Shown: piece by piece, positions 39,560-52,986 of the stretch
Position numbering within the stretch: position 1 is the stretch's first letter
Layout of the letters: each line of letters begins with the position of its first letter
Assembly: GCF_036321535.1 (NCBI RefSeq)
Contig: NC_087436.1
Location: forward strand, 69,628,001 to 69,692,000
Length of the DNA: 64,000 nucleotides
Direction of reading: 5' to 3'
Source of the DNA: Camelus dromedarius
Taxonomy: Eukaryota
The notes under the pieces: model-generated
Databases searched by the model: none
What the model saw: the letters and a program-made list of their open reading frames with translations, nothing else
Told to the model about the DNA's origin: nothing
Translations under genes and position numbers: made by a program

Positions 39560-40150
39560 TCCATTATATTTTGTGTCTAACTACTGTCATTCAATGTTTT
39601 TCATATAAAATTCATCCATGTTATTTGGTATGACAGCAACTCATTCATGTTAATTACAATATAATATTTTATTCCATTGTAAACCATAACTTATTTTTAC
39701 AAGATACTGTTAATCCATATTTATGTTGATTTCAGTTTGAGATATTAGTAATAATGTTGCTGAGAACATTACGTACATGTTTATAGAGCATATATATATT
39801 TCTTTTTGTTATATACCTAAGAGTGGAACTGCTAGTCATAAGATAAGCAGATGTTTGCCTTTGACAAAGACTAACACAGGTTTCCATATTGCTTGTACCA
39901 GTTTGCATTTATATTAGCATTGCTTAGCATTCCTTTTATTTGCTTGTTTTTGCAAAAACTTAGTATTACTGGTTCTTTTCCTTTTAGTCATTCTTGTGGT
40001 TTTGTCATGATACTCAGTATCTTTAATTTTCATTTTTCTGAGCACTAATGATGTCAATCACCTTTTCATATGTCTATTGATCACTAAGATAACCTCTTTT
40101 GGTGAAGTGCCTATTTAAGTCTATTTCCTACATACTATTATATCAGCTGG
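39560..40150 (-). mobile_element. Old L1M fragment
   Basis: Reversed L1 ORF2/3' motifs (atatacctaagagtggaactgct, tttgcatttatattagca, ctaatgatgtcaatcaccttttcatatg). Confidence 0.6.
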
Positions 40151-40872
40151 TTTTGTTATTGAACTATGACCAATTAAAGTTTGAGCAAGTTGAGGGCTAG
40201 ATTCAGTCAAAAAGTTATGTTTGGCCATGTCAGGTTTCAGATATTAGTCAGATAGTCAGATGTGGAAGCCAAGAATGCAGCTGAGTGCATGAGTTTGGAG
40301 TTCAGGAAAGGAATAAGTTTGGAGATAGACATATGGAAGATCTGAGCCTATGAATGAACTTAAAGCCAGGCAACTGAACAACAGTAATGAGAGTAAGGCT
40401 AACCCTTAAGGTATTCCAACCTTTAAGAGTTTGGAGAAGGAGAAAATGCCAGAAGGGAGACTGTAAAGAAGCGTTTAATGGGTTAAGAAAGAAACCAGGA
40501 GTTTACCAGGTTTAAGATTTCAAATGGGAAGAAGTATGATATTTCAAAACAGAAGGAACGATTAACTCTACCAAATAACATTGATAGGTTTGGTAAAACA
40601 AACACAGATTAATAAGATGAAAGTCGTTTGATAACCTTGAAAAATAAGTGGTATCCAAAGGGATAAAATCTCAATGGGAACAGGTTGATGAGAGAATAAT
40701 GTGAAATAAAGGAAACAGCAGTTTGGATACTTCTTTTATGATAATTGCCATAGAGTAACCTGAAGAATTGTTAAGGATGAAATATTTTCTTTAAAGATGT
40801 GAGATATTATAGCCTAAATATGGGCTTGCACTTGATCCTGAGGTGAGGAAAACACTGAGGGTGCAGGAAAGA

Positions 40873-41414
40873 TGAAATTACAGCTAGAAACAAGTCGTTG
40901 TGTAAACAACTCAGGAGGAAGAAATTGAATACTCAAATGTAAGAGTTGGTAGACAAACAATTCATCACAATGAAGCAACCACTCCACATGAGGTGGGAAG
41001 CCCCATGAAATGACCGGCAGGACCCACAGGCAGGGCCAGTACTTTCCTGCCAGTGCCATCCAGTTCCCTGGCCCAGCAGCATTATCTTGTTTTTGTGCTT
41101 CTGTAAAACGGCCTGCTTCTAGGAGAATGGAACTTACCCCTAAGATTCTATTGGTTCCCAAAGCTCACTCCTGATTGGTCCATTTGTTACACCTACTCTG
41201 CATATGATGTTGCAAAATCTTGACTAGTAACCTATAAAAGCATGTGTAAAACTACAGGCAGGGTCCAGAGCTTGGAGTGTTAACTCCTCTGGTCCTGCCA
41301 GCATAATAAACCTGAGTTCTCCAACCCTCTGAGTGTTGCTTGGTCTCTCTCGCCAAGATCCAGGTTGCTGTAACACTCTGCTGGAACACTATGCTGTACC
41401 ACGTTGCCGTAACA
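40873..41414 (+). mobile_element. ERV solo LTR between the CSN1S1 and CSN2 3' ends
   Basis: CCAAT-like gattgg boxes, TATA cctataaaag (41231-41240), AATAAA 41305-41310, ends in ...gtaaca. Boundaries approximate. Confidence 0.7.
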
Positions 41415-42014
41415 CAGACAGAGACAATGGATATCAGAGTTTCACGTAAGTCTACTCTCTTGGGCATTGATGGCTCAAACCACATAGCACAGCTCTTTCT
41501 GATGGTGATAATGGCTCTTGCTACTCTGATGAAGTCAGTAAAGTGAAGCAACTGAGAACATGTATTATGCACTGTGCAGTGCACAATTCACATTAAAACT
41601 TCAGTAAAACCCCTGAAGTTAACCATTTTATAGATGTGGGAGACTAACTTACAAAGAACCACTCAGCTGCTTCTGTGTATGTTGTGGAGCTGTGATTCAG
41701 ATTTCACATTTCATGCTTTTTTTCCCCCTAGGATGACCATAAAATTTTATATCCAATACTTTTGAGAGTGAAAGGCACAAGTGTAATAGTTTAGCTGAGA
41801 TAATAAATGTAAACCAAAGCTTTTGAGAACATACACAGCATATGGTCACCCTATTTTTTTCTCCCATTTTTGATCTCCTTTAATGTTTAATTTGAACCAT
41901 TCTATTCAATTTTAATTCTTCCAAGATAATTCTTAACACAAATAATAACTTTAAGTTAACAGTAAATAGGTCTATTAGGTTTTAAAAATTATAATAAAGA
42001 CAGGAAATCTTAAA

Positions 42015-42332
42015 TATGCCTAAAGGATTAGTTTATTGAAGTGACTGGTTTGGAAATAGATTCTTAAAGAAATAATAATAAGCAAAATTACATAAATGAT
42101 TTTTATAAACATTTTTGATAAGCTTATGGTATTTCCAACTTAACATTGAACTTTATGGCATTAGTTGAATTAAAATTTTGAGTCAAATTCAAATTAAGAT
42201 GAGTGCCATGTAAAGCATAAAATAAATAAAAGACTACAGTTTCATTTTTTTCCATGGAGAGTTATTTAAAAATCGTTTTGGTAACATGATACAAAGATTG
42301 AAAAGTTGCCACATTTCCAGTCGCAGTCAATT
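42015..42332 (-). other. CSN2: CSN2 exon 9 (3'UTR) with poly(A) signal
   Basis: Minus-strand acceptor cacag|aattgactgcgactgg; AATAAA at 42032-42037 (tttatt on +). End approximate. Confidence 0.85.
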
Positions 42333-43103
42333 CTGTGGAATAGAGAACAAACATAATATTAGTTATTTTATATGCTATAACTATAATCTCTCCCCTTTTG
42401 TAATTTTGATGTGGCTAATTTATAAGAGAAATTTTATTATGAATGCACCATGTTGTGCCTTATCTTGGAGGCATACTAAAGTTCCTCTAGGACCAAATAT
42501 CAGCTCAATTGGAATTGTTTTATTAAAATATCTTATCTATCATGATCACAAAAAGATCTGTAGCTTAAGAATCTCAAAACTACATTCTACTCCCTTTTTA
42601 AGTCATATCTGGACTAATAAATTGTATTTTGACTTGTGAATGGAAAGACAACGTATACATTTTAAATGAGACAAAAACAATTGAAGTTCATAAAGCCTAA
42701 GTTAGAAATGTGAATGCAATTGATTTTTAAAATAAGCTCTGAAATTTACATAAAAGTAGAAGAAATTATTTTCAGTTTTTCCTAAAAGTAATGATAATCA
42801 AGCATAAGGGTATAGACACTTGAAAGAAAAACAAATCTAATATGTCAATAGCACATGAATAAAATTTTGAATTATTTGAAATACAGGAGATACATAATTT
42901 CAGGTCAGTAAACAGGAGTCAACCATTGAGAATAAATTGATAATTAATAATCAAATTGGTAAACTAATGATATTTGGGACTATTTGGGGCTTATCCAGGA
43001 GAATGAAATCTAAAAATATGTTAACTGTAAAAATGATTAGTCTAATTTCCAAACTCCTAAAGCTTACCAAAAGTGAGGAGGAGGTATTAACTTTGAAATC
43101 TTC

Positions 43104-46100
43104 TTAGGCCTTAAAAATTAAAAAATAAACAAATAAATATACAATTCATTTTTGATAAGAAAACTTTCCCTAAGAAGTCCATGAATATTGAAATAAGCAA
43201 TTCAATATTTTGCCCTCATACATTCACGTATCAAAAACAAGATGTGAAATGAAGCATGCGGAGCAATAAATGTGCATAAAGAAAACTTCCAAATTATAGA
43301 AAATAGCAAACTTTCTTAGGTTTGTTATTCCAAGCCAAATGAGATTATCAAATTTAATTCTGGCTTTAGTAAACATTAATCCTCTTTATCTAAATTCTCC
43401 ACAGACCAACTAAATCATAATCCCTGAAATTATTTCTGCTCATTACTCAGTTTCTTCTACATAGAAAATCAGAACAATTATATCAGAATCTCCGTGGGTA
43501 AACCTAGACATTGGGATTTTGGAAATAAAAAATGTTTTCCAGGTTATTCTGTTTGTAGATAATGTTGAGAATCACTGATCTGAACTATGTGTGTTTTGGA
43601 ATCATCCATTGCTCATTTTTTTCTTTCATTCTAGAGCCCTCACTTAGTTATTCTAACATCATATACACACCGTGAGTGAAACAGCACAGTTAGTAAATCT
43701 GCACTTACAATCACAGGGACAAGTGGTTGAGGCACAGGGTGGAGCCCCCGGACGGGGTCAGGTACAGGCTCCTGGAAGGGCAGAACGGCTTGCACAGGCA
43801 TGGCTCTCTGGGGGTAGGGCACCATTTGCTGGGGAACAGGCAGGACTTTGAACTGAGAAAGGGACAGCAGGGACTGAGGAGGAATCATGGGGGTCTGAGG
43901 AACAGGCTGGGGAATCTGGTACATCAAAGACTGGAGCAGAGGCAGAGGAAGGTGCAGATTTTCGAGATCAGTGAGAGTCAGGCTCTGGCTTTCAGTAAAG
44001 GGCACTACTGGAGACTGAAGCAAGGGCATTTCTTTGCGCTTAGGAATGATGGTCTCCTTAGTTTTGGGGACATCCATTACTTTAGGCTGAAGAAAAGGTA
44101 CCATCACAGCAGGCTGAAGAGGCGGCAGAAAGTTTTGTGGAAGGATAGGGTAAGGGATGGGCTCAGTGTGAGAATAGACTAGAGACTGGGGCTGGGGAAA
44201 GGTGTAGATTTTATCCTGCTGTTCATCCTGGAAGAAGGAAAAGAATATTTTGAGTCTGTAATTCAGCGCTGATTGTCGTTCATGATGAATTAACCTCCTC
44301 TCTTTTGAACAATCATAATTAAGTGAAAAGAGAAAAAGAGAATCTTTCACTTATTGTAGTTAAGGAATTGTGGGGATCATGTGAAGATTAGGGGGTAAAA
44401 TGCTCACTGAGAGATTTCTCATTAATCTGCTTCCTTCATAGGTGAATCCACGAATCAAAGTGGAATTAATGTTTGGAGATCTCAATACTTGTTTTACTTT
44501 TTCCTGTGCTGCCTGCATAGCTGTAGCTGCATATTTAGAGTGCACAGACTTTTCAACAACGTGTTGATAATAGATCATAGATCATATTTTTTTCATACAA
44601 TGAAGATCTATTGTCTATAGATGAAATAAAACAATGTTGGGTAATATTTCAAAATAACCCAATAGTGGAGGGCAAAAAGGGCTTGGAGCATAAATAAAAC
44701 TCTATTGGCCATGTGAGAAAAAGACTTGGAGGGATAACGCCACGGTTTATTTTTGCTTATTTGTTTTAATGAAAAGTAAATTTAATTTGTGGTTTAATTC
44801 AAGGAGTTACTTAACAATAGCAAACTTCTAGCACTATTTCCCTTGGTAGAAGGTGGTTATCTCGAGTCTTTCAAGAGGCATCTATTTGTAAATTCACTTT
44901 GATTTAGAAAATATGTGGTGTAAGTATCAAACAATCCAACTTTATCGGTGAAACAAGAAAGCTTAACTACTACAATTAGATAAATGTTACAGCAAGAGTG
45001 ATTTAATTAGATAAAGAATTTTATGTCATCCCCCAAATCCTTACTTTTAAGCAAGTGCTACTATTTAATAACTATGTGATAGTGTCACACAATTGTGTAC
45101 TCAGTTCTGTACCTCACATCTCTCATCTGTGTAATGGAAATACTTTAAAGAACCTCACCCATTCATAAATGTGAGTAAAAGCTACAGAATGTTAATGTAA
45201 CATCACTGAATATTTACTGTGGGTTATGAGTAGTCTCAATTTACAGATGATGAAATTGAGGCACAGAGAAACTTCGAGCCAAGGTTACATGGCTGATAAG
45301 TGATCAAATTAGGATCTGTACCACACTGCCTCCCTGGTCTTTTTCATCAGCATCTTCATCCTGAGAATCAGAGGATCTCAGTCCCCAACCTGGAAATGTT
45401 TCTACTAATGTGCACTTATTGAAAACAAGTATATCATTAGTAAAGTGAATAAATCAATAGTTATTCTTAGGGATTAATTCTATACTCTGGAAATTGATTA
45501 TATGTTTAAAATGTGTTTATGTCTTTAAAAATATTTTTACTTTGTCAAAGTTTAATTTCCTATACTGACATTTATTTTATTACTATTCTTTAGACTGAAC
45601 ATATAATTATAAATATGTTTCCATGTATTATATTTCATATTAATTTTTGAAGTATACTTATCATAAACAAATTACCTCTGTTTGCTGCTGTTCCTCAATT
45701 TTAAACTTCTCAATTTTCTGCTAAAAAGTAAAAATCACACATAAAGAATTATTATTTGTAAAAATTGAACACAGGAAATTCTGAAAACATGCACATTTAA
45801 ATATGAAGGTTTTACCTTGTTGATGTGTGTAATAGATTCCTTCAAAAAAAAAATAAAATCAGGTTTAGTTTTAATGATCAATTATTATTTGTCAATATAA
45901 ATCAGAAAATGAAGACATTTCTAGGTTAATGTGGACACCTTGTTTAATAATATTATTTTAATTGTTGAAACTTTGTTACACTATTCTGAATAAGTCTGTT
46001 TTATAAGAGGACAGACAATGCAATTTCATAAAGAAAATTAGTGAACATAGTATAAAAAGGCATTTAACAGATGCTAATTTCTCTCTGTCACCCTGCGCCC

Positions 46101-47822
46101 TTCTTATGACAACAAATGGGCTCTAACCCTTCGGATTCTAAAAGAATAATAGTCATTGAAAATTCATTATAATAACCTTTGATATATTTGTTCCCTTGTT
46201 ATGTTTAGGCTTCAAATGAAGTATAAGACACAAATATTCTCCTGTAAGGATCTTATAACCTTTGTGAAGAGGCAGAGTATATTGATGTACCATTTAACTA
46301 GCAGATGATGACAGATCCCAAAAGAGTGATGCAATGATTAATATCTACCTGACTCTTGCAGGCAGATTTAGGACTACACTAAGTCTCACAGCCTCTTATT
46401 TCCTAGATCACTATCATAATTACAAAATGTCCCTATTTGCATGTCTGCCCAGTCACAGCATTGTAAGTTCTATGCTTCCTTCTTTCCAGTTTGTACCATA
46501 GCTCTTACTCTAATACAGAAAGTGCTCAGTAAGTGTCAAAACAGTGAATGAGGTTAACGTAGAGTTCAAGATAGAAAATAGGACTCTACAGTTCATTAAA
46601 AAAGGGGCCCTGTGACACAATTTCAAGTAGGAAGCCAATTTAAAACCTGCTACAATACAAAATCCTACAGATGTTTATTCTGTCTTTAAATGTATACAAT
46701 GGAAATTTACATTAGAATTTACAGGTCAGAACATAGCTACATTGGCTTAACTGCCCTACTGTTAACACAAAAAGAAAGATAGTAGAGTATTTTACTGTTC
46801 TACATTTGGGTAATTGCCTTTAAATAAACACTGTCTTACCTCACTGCTTGAAATGCTTTCCAAAGCCTATAAAGGAAAAAAAAAAAAATCAACACCCAGC
46901 TGAGTCTTCTCCTAGATCATCAGAAAGTGTTATTATTTTATGGTTGGAAAATTTTCTCTGAATAAAAATGCCTTACCTCACCGGCTGTCTTGAATTCTTC
47001 CTTCTGTAGAGAAAAAAACACCATTTTACTTTATATAACTAACTCATTTTTAAACATTTTTCCTACCTAATTTTTATCTTCCTTATGCAGAGGTAGCTAA
47101 TTCACAATTCGAGAAATAAAAAGTGGTTAAAGGTCATTTGAGAGTCTTGAAGTGTAATTGTTTCCTATGTCTTTTATACTTAGTAACTTTTTTATTGATA
47201 CAGTTTTATTTTACCTGAATGAAGAGTTTTTGATGGGTAACAGAATAGGAGTTATTTTAGTTATTTTAACTTGTATTAAAACTTTTTATTATGATTATGA
47301 ATGTTTCTGAGTATTGCCTGAAACTCCATCCTCTGTAGTATCATCCTCTGTGGAATAGACATAGGTGGGGTTTGGCCCAGTGCCCTAGGGTAAAAGATGC
47401 ATGTATCTCATCTCTGAAATTAGAAATATTTCTCTAGATTGCACATGCATGCCATTGTATTTGTGCAATATTACTCTTTTTTGTTGTTCTTATGTGTGTT
47501 TCTGCTTTTTCCTTCTTGCTTATTGATTTGTTTGCTTTTCCTGTAGGGACTGGTGGCAGAGTAACGTACAAAGTATCTGACTCGAATTTGTGATCCTGTA
47601 AGATACTGTTGAGAGAGTGGGTGAATGTAAATGATTATCTTAGAAGTAAAAAAAAACCCTGAAATTCTGCATTATTTATACCTTTAACATGTTGGGAATA
47701 CTATTGTCTACACATAGGCAGATGGCACCATATATGACTTATTTAGAGACATTTTGTGTGTGTTTACTTACCTCTCTTGCAAGAGCAAGAGCCACCAGGC
47801 ATGCAAGGATGAGGACCTTCAT
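43104..47822 (-). CDS. CSN2: Beta-casein precursor (232 aa), spliced CDS across exons 2-8
   Basis: Coding exons on the minus strand: 47772-47822 MKVLILACLVALALARE; 46977-47003 KEEFKTAGE; 46840-46866 ALESISSSE; 45816-45839 ESITHINK; 45676-45720 QKIEKFKIEEQQQTE; 43709-44227 (519 nt, DEQQDKIYTFPQPQ...GLHPVPQPLVPVI, seen inside ORF 43640..44350); exon 8 43068-43109 begins GCC TAA (stop 43104-43106). All phase 0. Confidence 0.98.
45170..45330 (-). mobile_element. MIR SINE in CSN2 intron 6
   Basis: ttttacagatgatgaaattgaggcacagaga...ccaaggttacatggctgataagtg. Confidence 0.65.
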
Positions 47823-49784
47823 GACTCTCAAGTCCTATGGATGGAGAAATGAGGAGATGGTGATATACTGGTCAATCTAATGTATTTTCTTATTTCAGTA
47901 GGATTAATTTCCTTTAAAATAAACCAAAGATAGTGTATAACAAAAATGTCTGTATTTTAGGAAAAAATACTAATAGAAGCTTTGTCATTTGACCAAGGTC
48001 AAAATCAAGTGACTCTCTACTCTTATGTATCAAATTCATATTTCATTGTCAGCCACTCAGATTTTTTTCAGCTAACAGCCCTGTCCTGCTTTACCCTTTC
48101 ATCTCATTCACAGTACTTATGAGAGTTTTTTTGAAAGGCAGGAAAAAGTTACAGATATTCACACAAAGAGTAATTAATTGATTTACTTTTTGAAAAATAT
48201 TTATTTAGCATCATTCATTGCCAGACATTGCTTAAATGCTGCGATTACAGCAGTGAACAAAATATTAAGGTCTCAGCTTTGTTGGAGCCTCAATTCTATT
48301 GAGAGGAGACTAGTCAAAGAAAATCCTTTATTTTTATCTTTTCTTTACTAAACAGTTTCCACAAATGTTTGGCTTATTCATATGTCCTTATTTCCAATTA
48401 GACTGGGATTTTCATTTTAGCATTTCCTTCATTTGCCCCACTCATCCAGATCTTTCCTTGGCCTGACTGGATTGTTTCTTCTCCGTGTGTATCCACCGCA
48501 CAGTCTTCATTCCCACACACCTAATGACATCTCCTTTGTGCCATGTAATTTTGGAGATCATACTCTCTGGAAACCTCTGAGTACTTGTATCCTAATGATT
48601 AAACAAGGGGTCTGGGTCCCTTGCCCAGTCCCCACTCTCGGCTCCTTCTCCTTGTAGCATAATGTAAAGTATGTGAACACCTTTGACCGAGGTGTTGTAA
48701 ATGGTTGATTTTGTCACATTTCTGTAAGGACTTATAAAAAATAATCTTTGCCCCACCATAAAAAATAATGTTTGCACCACCAATATCCCTTGACACACAA
48801 TCCTCAATTCCAGATTTTCAAACTAAATTAAGAAAAATTTGCTATGTTTTTCTCCTGGGTACTACCTAATTTTTTCTTTATTTTACTTTTCCTAAACTTC
48901 CATGAGTTTCCAAAGAACTTTTTATCGTCAAGACTCACGAAAGCTAATGTGGAACTCTATTAGAGATCACTATCAGTGGAAAGACTACTATATTTTCTTT
49001 ATTTTATAATTAGCACTTTATATACAATTTTTAAGCCAGAATTTTATTTTTAACTAAGATAATTTAAGCTGTCCTTTCTTTCAAATTATATTTTTCTTCT
49101 TTTCTGTTCCTAGGTCATCTCTGCCCATCCTGGAATTTTTTTTTTTTTTTAACAAAATAAACATCTTATTTCTCTTTAACTTATACCATAGTTCATGTAT
49201 CTATTTTATATTTTTGAAATATTATAAATTAAATGATAAACTGGGGATTTGGATGTTCTACACAAGTGTGATAATATACACTTCTTCTAAAAATATTACT
49301 TATAAACATTTCAAGTAGCGCATGTCTCCAAACAACTCTCCCCATTTTTTGACTCAACATGCTACCTCTATAGCTATTTGTTCAATAAAACTTGCCCAAT
49401 AGTAATGACTCATATCACCATACTATAAATTAAATGCATTTGCCTTTATGGCTGTGATGTGTTTTATCAAATTAGAAGACACTTAATTCAAGAAATTGAT
49501 CTTTTTATATAGCCTGTTAACTAATCATGTACTAAAGAAAATAGCCATCACCTTTATTACATTTTGTTAGACTCATAAAGCTCATGCAGTCATTATAATT
49601 CTTATCAAATCTATACAGGCACTTCTATTTTTTTAACCTAAGTGTTGAAAATATTGTCAGCACTATCTTAAATAACCTTATTTTAAAGACTGCATTTTAA
49701 GCAATTATGTTTTTTGTATGTCTCAACCTAGTTTGAAATAAAAATGAAGAGAGGGTACATTGAATTTGTATCTGAAATTCTTAC

Positions 49785-49832
49785 CTTTTTTCCAAAGTGG
49801 AGGAAAAGAAGTGAAGGAGGATCTGAGTGGAT
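49785..49832 (-). other. CSN2: CSN2 exon 1 (non-coding)
   Basis: Minus strand ...cagatcctccttcacttcttttcctccactttggaaaaaag|gtaag. TSS approximate. Confidence 0.85.
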
Positions 49833-49990
49833 AATGGTCTGTTTTTGTGGCGATTTATATAGTCTTTAATGGCATGCTAATTTTGTGGTTTGAGATAAAA
49901 TCAATAGTGAGTTTGAATTTCCAGAATTCCACATGATTAGAAAATGATTTCTTCTTATTATCTGTCCCCAGAAGTTCTGGGGAGCATTTT
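49833..49990 (-). promoter_or_regulatory. CSN2: CSN2 proximal promoter
   Basis: TATATAAA 49854-49861 (minus strand); octamer 49874-49881; Runx 49884-49890; GAS-like TTCTGGAAA 49918-49926. Confidence 0.85.
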
Positions 49991-50838
49991 AACAAGGAAA
50001 TAATTCACAATCTGATAAAAGAAATCTGTCCAGAAAATAAAACTGTCCAGTAACTACAGACATTGGCTGGGAGACAGTGACATTCTGGCACAGTCTCCAA
50101 ATTATTGTAGACACAATAAGGTCTCTGTAGTACTTGTTGGGTCTTCAAGATTTTACATGTGGAGAAATTCTACATAGGCACCAGAGATACATGGGCCACA
50201 CAACGGCCACAATTTCATTCTCACCTGAATAGATGTTAGTGTTTGATGCTGTAATGGAGAAACTGACAAGATAACGCATCCATGATGATAGCTTAGACCT
50301 GAGGAGGGAAGAGAATTAATTATAGGCTAAAAAGAAAAGAAGAATAGGTTCTTGAATATGAGAAAGAAGTCACTACAACTAAATCAAGTAATGAATCTGG
50401 GCCACGAAGTGCAAGGAGTAGGGAGTAGATGGAGATGAGAAAAAGGAAAGAGAAAGGGATCAGAGGATGATGGGCAAAGTGTGCTGTGATCCTAAGGGAC
50501 ATGAATTTTATTCTCTGGATGGTGGGGATTTGTTAAAGTATTTTCAGACAGAAAGTAACATTTATAGAACAAATAATACTGGTACAAATTTATTAAAATG
50601 GGACTGCTCAAGTTGGGAATCATACCTTTTACAGTGAGTCAATGTTTATCAGCTGATATTCATGGAAGGACAAACAGTGGAGGAAGGAAAAATGGAAGTG
50701 CAGATGGGAGGAGGGTCTTGCCCAAGTATTACAATAAAGTCTGAGCCAGTCCTCAGAACACTTCTTAGGTACCCATTTACAAAGGCAGTCTTCAAGTTTC
50801 TTTGCCCCTCTAGTGATTGATGTTCATAAATACAATTG

Positions 50839-51054
50839 AGAGTTTGAGATTTGCAGATATTAACTACTATATATAAAATAGATAAACAACAAGTTTCTTC
50901 TGTATAGCACAGGGAACCATATTCAGTATCTTGTAGTAACCTATAAAGAAAAAGAATATGAAAACAAGTGTATATATATATATATATATGACTGAAACAT
51001 GCTGTACACCAGAGATTAACACATTATAAACTGACTATACTTCAATTAAAAAAA
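50839..51054 (+). mobile_element. 5'-truncated LINE-1 3' end
   Basis: ctactatatataaaatagataaacaacaag...tgtatagcacagggaaccatattcagtatcttgtagtaacc...actatacttcaattaaaaaaa; imperfect TSD aaatacaattg / aaatgtaattg. Confidence 0.8.
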
Positions 51055-51439
51055 TGTAATTGGCTGATTATATGTGACACTACTTATTTTTACAACATTG
51101 TTGCTTCACTTCATTGCCTGTAATAGACATATTCAGAATTTAAGCACAAATAGATGCCTTTCTAAAGTATTCAAGTAGAGTATTGGCATAATTAATAATT
51201 TTTCTTCATAATATAGCTTGCATCCATATCATGCTAGTTGTTGAGGGAGAGGAACACTCCTGACTGATATTACTTAGAAAACCCGAGTCAGTGTCTACTA
51301 TGCATTTGAATAATTCAGTTGATATTCATTCCAAGACTCTTCATATGGAGCCAGGAGGAAGCCATGAAGGGAAATGATGAAATGACCCCAGTGTCGTAGG
51401 TATAACTAGAAAAGTCTTAGCAGCTCAGTGTGCCTTTAG

Positions 51440-51605
51440 CTCTTGGTTGCCAAGGCCACAGGCAAAAAAGTGTAATTTCTAAGAAAAGGAATACAAAAGC
51501 AAGCATGCTCTACCCACTCAACGCTTCCTTTTTATTTTCTCAGCAAGATGTTGTACATATTGTGCAATAAATACATTTCTTTGTAACTCTCTGGCTCACC
51601 AATTT
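51440..51605. promoter_or_regulatory. BCE-1-like beta-casein distal enhancer (~-1.65 kb)
   Basis: STAT5 TTCTAAGAA 51477-51485, C/EBP ATTGTGCAAT 51559-51568 and NF1-like half-site pairs, at the distance known for bovine BCE-1. Confidence 0.65.
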
Positions 51606-52765
51606 TGAATTACATTCATTGGTATAGTTAGGGACTTGATTGGGTCAGGAAAGTAGGTTAAAACCTTGATTAAGGAAATCACTAACAATACACTAGAGAA
51701 AGAGGCTTGTCCAAGGGAAAAAATGAAAAGCCAGAGATTTAAGATAACACCACGTGCTTATAGCTTCAGAACACAATGACCAGTAAGTACAAGTGCCATG
51801 TGGGCAATCCAAGGTTTTGTAATGCATAATCTAAGAACTGCCAGTTTTATAAGACAAAATGAAAATTCCATTCATCGAAATTTTGTAAGAGAACTGTGGG
51901 AAAGAAGCAAGATAAAATCCAAGCAAGATGTAGTATTATTTGTTACAAACAGAATTTACTTAGTCAAAGCTCTTTCCCATATTGTGTGATGGATCTGAAA
52001 TATGCAGACATGAGATTTGGGTAAAGTATAAAGCTAATAGTTGAAACCATGTGAATAACAACCTCAAGAAAGGGAACAATTAATAATAATAACTATTATT
52101 ATTATTATTATTATTAAATAATAAGCTGGATAAAGAATACAATAAATGGACCAAAATGTTTAGAAAATAAAAACAAGAAGAGACTTTAGATATTATCTGT
52201 ACGATGTTGTAAAGATATTTTAGAGACATGGAAATGGAAGACCTGGGAATTTGCATCATTTTTTCAGGATACTGTAGCTTAGAGATAGAGTTGGTAATAA
52301 AAACCTCAGATTCCTAAATAATATGTGAGGCACTGTTTAATAACTTCCAAAATATGAGGGGGATGAGGAAGGAAAATGAAATAAACAGTGAGGATTTATA
52401 AAATGATTCAGATTTAAGAACAATATAACATATAATTAGTTCTGACAAATTATTAGGTGGGGATAGTTAGTTTAGCATTTTTTATATAGATGGAATATTT
52501 TAATTCTTTCCATGAGATTATCCAAATATAATAAAATAACATCTTTTTTATCTGAAATATAGCTATTAAGATTAATGTATAAAGTTAATCAAGGCTCAGA
52601 ACATACAAAAAAATGATCTATAAGCAAGTAGACATCGTGAAAGCATAAGCCAGAATCCTGATTCCTAAGACACACTCTTAACCCTAATTACTCTTACTTC
52701 ACACATAATCATAAAACTTCACTCAAGCTCAAGATGAATTTACTGAGTGCACGCTACATGCTCGC

Positions 52766-52986
52766 CAGTGCTTCTCAGTCTTTGTAATACGATATTTGGG
52801 GCAGGATAATTCTTTGCTGTGGGGGCTATCCTGTGTGTTGTAGGGTGTTATAGGAGCATTCCTGGCCTCTACCTGCAAGATGCCAGGAGCACCAGCCACG
52901 CAGCTATTAGAACTAAAACTGTCTTGAGAAATGTCTCCTGGTGGAGTGAGGTGCAGTGCAAAGTCATTCCTGATTTAGAACCACTA
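52766..52986. mobile_element. MER20 hAT-Charlie DNA transposon
   Basis: cagtgcttctc...ggataattctttgctgtgggggctatcctgtgtgttgtaggg...gcattcctggcctctacc...agatgccaggagcacc...agaaccact. Confidence 0.8.

Noticed and set aside
40814..41584. ORFs of 115, 110 and 68 aa
   Set aside because: They fall in or beside a solo LTR; no gag/pol/env similarity is evident.
43640..44350. 236-aa ORF as a stand-alone gene, and the antisense 151-aa ORF 43727-44182
   Set aside because: Only 43709-44227 is coding (CSN2 exon 7); the flanks are intronic read-through. The antisense ORF is a shadow of Pro/Gln-rich codons.
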